32,000 bases of DNA. Source: Methanococcus maripaludis (GTDB lineage Archaea > AGJL01 > Methanococci > Methanococcales > Methanococcaceae). Position 1 is the first letter of the stretch, and each line of letters begins with the position of its first letter. This document shows positions 28,338 to 32,000 of this stretch, piece after piece. A model generated the notes under the pieces. The model ran no database searches, was not told the DNA's origin, and saw only the letters and a list, made by a program, of their open reading frames with translations. The position numbers and the translations under genes were made by a program. The DNA lies in assembly GCF_002945325.1 (NCBI RefSeq), contig NZ_CP026606.1, positions 570,001-602,000 of the forward strand, written 5' to 3'.

Positions 28338-29276
28338 TTAAATTAAATCCTTTTCAATCTCATTTGCTGCAGTAACCATGTTATTTAACTTAGAGTATGC
28401 AACATCCACGGGAAGCAGTCTCATACCACAGTCTGGATCGATTATAACGGAATCATTTATTGAACCTTCAAATTTAGAATTATTCTTTAATATTTCTATT
28501 CCTTCACTTATTAATGCTTTTACTTCGTCAACAGAATCTACAGATTTAATTTTGGTGTTTATGCACCCGAAACCAACCTTTTTTGTGATTTCATTTAATA
28601 CTTCAAGATTTTTTCTACAGGATGCAAATTCGTGGTCCAAAATATCGACATTGAATTCATTTAATTTGTAAAATATTTTTGAAACATCTCCGCAAACATG
28701 CATTGCAACAGGAACAGTTATTCCAGAAGTAATAATGTTCATTGCTTTTTTTGCAACTTCGAGATCATATAATCCAGTTGAAAGGATTGGCTCATCAAAT
28801 TGTATCATTTTTACATGGTTTTGAATTGAAAGAGCTTCTTTGTTTAAAGCCCTTGCTAAATCGTAAATTAAATTTTCATCTTTGTTATCAGCATAATAAT
28901 TTTCAACACGAATTGATGAAGCAAGCGTACAAGCACCAGTTATTATTCCTTTTACTCCTTTTTCAGGGTCTTTTTTTGAAATATATTTTAGAGAATATTT
29001 TATATCGTTTAAAGTAATTGGTTTTACAAATTCAACCCTGTTGACAACTCGCCTGCCTTCAAAACCATACATGTTTGATACAAATATCTCAACCATGTCT
29101 CCTCTGACCTGGCCATCACTTAAAATATCAATTCCAACGTTTAATTGATCATCTAAGGCTTTTTTTATCGAATATTCGTATTTATCATATTTTCCAAAAA
29201 ATTTCTTAATTTTATCAGGTATAGAATCGGGTTTTCCTTTAACTACTGGGTAGCTACCAACAACAGTCTTTATCAT
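28338..29276 (-). CDS. MetE C-terminal-domain-like methionine synthase / methyltransferase, archaeal core-MetE type
   Basis: MIKTVVGSYPVV...GISDILSDGQVRGDMVE-type region, VKMIQFDEPILSTG, VAMHVCGDVSKIFYKL, ASCRKNLEVL, DSVIIDPDCGMRLLPVDVAYSKL. H/C/D/C zinc-ligand arrangement. Confidence 0.88.
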   Translation of the reverse strand: MIKTVVGSYPVVKGKPDSIPDKIKKFFGKYDKYEYSIKKALDDQLNVGIDILSDGQVRGDMVEIFVSNMYGFEGRRVVNRVEFVKPITLNDIKYSLKYISKKDPEKGVKGIITGACTLASSIRVENYYADNKDENLIYDLARALNKEALSIQNHVKMIQFDEPILSTGLYDLEVAKKAMNIITSGITVPVAMHVCGDVSKIFYKLNEFNVDILDHEFASCRKNLEVLNEITKKVGFGCINTKIKSVDSVDEVKALISEGIEILKNNSKFEGSINDSVIIDPDCGMRLLPVDVAYSKLNNMVTAANEIEKDLI

Positions 29277-29313
29277 AAAATCACCAAAAAAGTAATAAAA
29301 AAATAATATAAAA

Positions 29314-29967
29314 TTAAAGTATTCTTCCGCGAACCTTAGTTATGTCAAATTTAGCAGTATCTGCAACAGTCATTACTGCAATAACGCCTGCCTGTAATGG
29401 ATCGGTCACTATTAGATCTGCAAGCTTTGGAAGGCTTCCAAACATGTTTAAGCATATTACTGGAATGTTTGTATCCTTTTTTACTTCTTCAACAGCTTTT
29501 GTAATAGCTCCGCCCATTAATGATCCTGCCAAAACCAAAACTCCAGCTCTTGGAAGTGTTTTTATTGCCAAGATTGCATCTGCAAGATTTTCTTCACCGA
29601 CTACTGCCATTGTATCAACACTTATTCTCTCCCCACGGATGTTGTGCCGGTCTGCTTCGCTTATTGCACCCATTGCAACTTGAGCTACCTGGGCGCCCCC
29701 TCCAAATATCAAAACTCTCTTACCAAATATTTTCTTCATGGTTTTGTGAGTTTCAACTTTTTTTACAAATTCTAATTTTTCAAGTTTTCCTGCTAAATTT
29801 TCTTCGTCCTCGACCCCATCGAGTTCCATATAAATTAAACCAGTATTTTCCCCAACGATGAACTGCTGAGTGTACACTATGTTTGCATTTAATTCCGAAA
29901 TTATTCCTGTTAATCTATAAAGTATACCTACACGGTCTTCCGCAATTACAGTAAGTCCAAGCTGCAT
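29314..29967 (-). CDS. ACT-domain protein with C-terminal uncharacterised Rossmann-like domain (DUF5612-type)
   Basis: MQLGLTVIAEDRVGILYRLTGIISELNANIVYTQQFIV (ACT domain) followed by RVLIFGGGAQVAQVAMGAISEADRHNIRGERISVDTMAVVGEE. Confidence 0.78.
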   Translation of the reverse strand: MQLGLTVIAEDRVGILYRLTGIISELNANIVYTQQFIVGENTGLIYMELDGVEDEENLAGKLEKLEFVKKVETHKTMKKIFGKRVLIFGGGAQVAQVAMGAISEADRHNIRGERISVDTMAVVGEENLADAILAIKTLPRAGVLVLAGSLMGGAITKAVEEVKKDTNIPVICLNMFGSLPKLADLIVTDPLQAGVIAVMTVADTAKFDITKVRGRIL

Positions 29968-29976
29968 GAAATCGCC

Positions 29977-30834
29977 TTATCTTAAATATTTAGGATTACT
30001 TGCCATTTCCATTAATCTTTTTACCCGTTCTTCGGTTGAAGGGTGTGTTGAAAATAACCTTGCAACGTTTCCTGCTTTAAAAGGATTTACAATAAACATG
30101 TGTGCAGTTGCAGGGCTTCCATTTCTTAACGGATGGTATTTTACCCCTTTTTCAAGTTTTGTAAGTGCATTTGCAAGGTAAATCGGGTTTGAATATTTTG
30201 CCCCGTTTTCGTCAGCATTGTATTCATTCTGCCTTGAAATTGCAAATTGAACAACCATTGCAGCAATTGGAGCCAATATTATGAAAAGTAGGGATGCAAC
30301 AATCTGCATTGGATTTCCATCGTCGTCTCTTCCATATCCAAAAAGCATTCCCCACTGTAAGAAATTTGCAATGTACATTATTGCTCCAGCCATCGTTGCA
30401 ACGATTGTCCCGATTAAAATATCCCTGTGCTTTATGTGTCCAATTTCGTGAGCTAAAACTCCTTCAAGTTCTTGCTCATTTAAAAGTTGTAAGATTCCGG
30501 TAGTAACTGCGACTACACCATTTTTAGGGCCTCTACCTGTTGCAAATGCATTTGGAGTATCAGTATTAATTATTGCAACTTTTGGTTTTTGAATATTTGC
30601 CCTGTTTGCTATTGATTCAACAATTCTGTGTAAATTTGGCGCTTCGTTTTCATCAACTATTTTTGCACCATAGCTTGTCAGAACTATTTTGTCGCTATAA
30701 AAATAGCTTATTAAATTAGGAATTAGTGCTAAAAGTATTGCAAATATTGGGGGGAATCCGAGCATAAAGCAAATTCCGTAGATCATTCCTGTTAAAAGTG
30801 CCATCAATAAAAGAACTTTTACTGTAGACATCAT
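29977..30834 (-). CDS. htpX: Zinc metalloprotease HtpX
   Basis: [38 protein letters not shown] (HExxH), [30 protein letters not shown]. Start at 30834 or 30831; the track ORF (30897) overlaps the upstream gene artefactually. Confidence 0.95.
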   Translation of the reverse strand: [285 protein letters not shown]

Positions 30835-30844
30835 GTTTACACCT

Positions 30845-31720
30845 TTATTTGTAAATTTTACAAACCACTGGATTTGATAAAATTGAAGCGGCGTCATTTA
30901 ATTCTTCGTCTTTACAGATGCAGAATATTGCATTTCCAAGCATTGCCTGGGACGCTCCAGCAGTAAATCTTAAATCATCACATATTTCGATTATTTCTTC
31001 AGATGCAAGACCTGTATTTTTTGCAAAGTAGTATGATAACTCCATGAAATTTTCAAGGGTTGGTTTTTTCAACAATTTTCCAAGTAATTCGTCTGAAGTA
31101 GCATTTATTTTTTCTATCCACGAAGGATCGTTAATTACGGTATCAGTTTCCTTTTTGCCAAATATATCTACCAAAACACTATAATCATCCATGTTTTTAA
31201 TGTCAACGCTTTCTACACCAATTGGAAATCCTGGACTCTTTCGAATAACAAAACCCTTTGTGTGCTGTGCGATAACATCTCCAAGCCCAGTATTACAGCG
31301 TACTTCTGCCTTGTGAGCAATTTTCACCAGTTCTGATATATCTGATTCATTTTTTTTATTATCTAAATTACTTCTATCAATATCATTTTGCATGTTCTTA
31401 AAGTTGTATGTTGAACTCAGCTCATATGCAGCACCAAGTGCACAACATCCTGATGTTCCCATACCACATCCAAGCGGAAAATCGGAAGTATAGGTTATAT
31501 CGTGTTTTAATTCGTTTTTAAGCCCCAAATAATGGATAACATCTTTTGACGGACACAGATCTATTTTTTCATCGTTAAAATAAACATTTCCAGATCCTTC
31601 GACCAATTTTGTGGATACTCCCCTATTTAGTGTAATTCCTGCACCAGTTGATCCGGTTTTTAGTAAATTTTCGTGTCTAGTTATTTTGAAAAAACCTGTA
31701 ATATGAGAGGGTATGAACAT
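30845..31720 (-). CDS. Pantoate kinase (archaeal CoA biosynthesis, GHMP family)
   Basis: MFIPSHITGFFKI...STGAGITLNRGVSTKLVEG...YTSDFPLGCGMGTSGCCALGAAYEL...CNTGLGDVIAQHTKGFVIRKSPGFPIG, matching archaeal pantoate kinase. Confidence 0.9.
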   Translation of the reverse strand: MFIPSHITGFFKITRHENLLKTGSTGAGITLNRGVSTKLVEGSGNVYFNDEKIDLCPSKDVIHYLGLKNELKHDITYTSDFPLGCGMGTSGCCALGAAYELSSTYNFKNMQNDIDRSNLDNKKNESDISELVKIAHKAEVRCNTGLGDVIAQHTKGFVIRKSPGFPIGVESVDIKNMDDYSVLVDIFGKKETDTVINDPSWIEKINATSDELLGKLLKKPTLENFMELSYYFAKNTGLASEEIIEICDDLRFTAGASQAMLGNAIFCICKDEELNDAASILSNPVVCKIYK

Positions 31721-31762
31721 TTTAGCACCTAATATTTATCAAAAACAGAAAAGAAATAAAAA

Positions 31763-32000
31763 TTATTTATTTAAAATCTGAATTATTTTTTCCGTAATTT
31801 GTTCCTTATTTTCAGAATATTTTCCTTGTGCGAGGTTATCTTTTCCACCGCCTTTTCCAATATTTCTGATTAAGTCTTTCATACTTATTTCAACGTTTTC
31901 TCCTCTTTTACATAAGAGGTAGTCGTTTTCATTCATTAGAACTATGAGTTTGTTTCCAACTGCTAAGTTGTCTGCAATCGACATTAATTCGTTTGGAGTT
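31763..32000 (-). CDS. alaS: Alanine--tRNA ligase, C-terminal end (5' part outside window)
   Basis: Reading continues through the track's Met to the window edge as TPNELMSIADNLAVGNKLIVLMNENDYLLCKRG...MKDLIRNIGKGGGKDNLAQGKYSENKEQITEKIIQILNK, which fits the AlaRS C-terminal GGGG.xxLAQG motif. Confidence 0.82.
   Translation of the reverse strand, partial: TPNELMSIADNLAVGNKLIVLMNENDYLLCKRGENVEISMKDLIRNIGKGGGKDNLAQGKYSENKEQITEKIIQILNK

Noticed and set aside
29342-30181. Several plus-strand ORFs opposite the ACT-domain gene and htpX
   Set aside because: Antisense shadow of conserved genes. Their overlap with several mutually incompatible frames argues against coding.
30835-30897. Apparent overlap of htpX with the pantoate kinase gene
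   Set aside because: Artefact of the longest-ORF start. A start at 30834/30831 preceded by GGTGT fits better and removes the overlap.

Overview
AT-rich archaeal chromosome segment whose proteins look like Methanococcus, most likely M. maripaludis or a close relative (inferred from protein content; no search was run). It is almost entirely protein coding. I see about 29 genes, two of them truncated at the window edges. Most are conserved core genes: methanogenesis marker 7, hisA, the Kae1-Bud32 fusion, archaeal thrS, comD, prs, arfA, cofD, a MetE-like methyltransferase, htpX, pantoate kinase and the alaS C-terminus. There is also an NSS transporter, an orphan chemoreceptor and an orphan ECF S component. 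I found no rRNA, tRNA, CRISPR array, transposase or prophage module, and no obvious new multi-gene system. The items most worth a second look are: (1) a 33-aa membrane ORF missed by the ORF track, directly after the NSS transporter, resembling a MetS-type small subunit; (2) an uncharacterised 434-aa membrane protein flanked by near-identical ~31-nt direct repeats, a possible accessory insertion; (3) a CBS protein / methanogenesis marker 7 / uncharacterised 150-aa cluster; (4) a membrane-tethered coiled-coil winged-HTH protein directly downstream of a MetE-like gene; (5) a palindrome beside the TATA box of a surface protein gene; (6) a divergent gene pair with a probable promoter inside comD.
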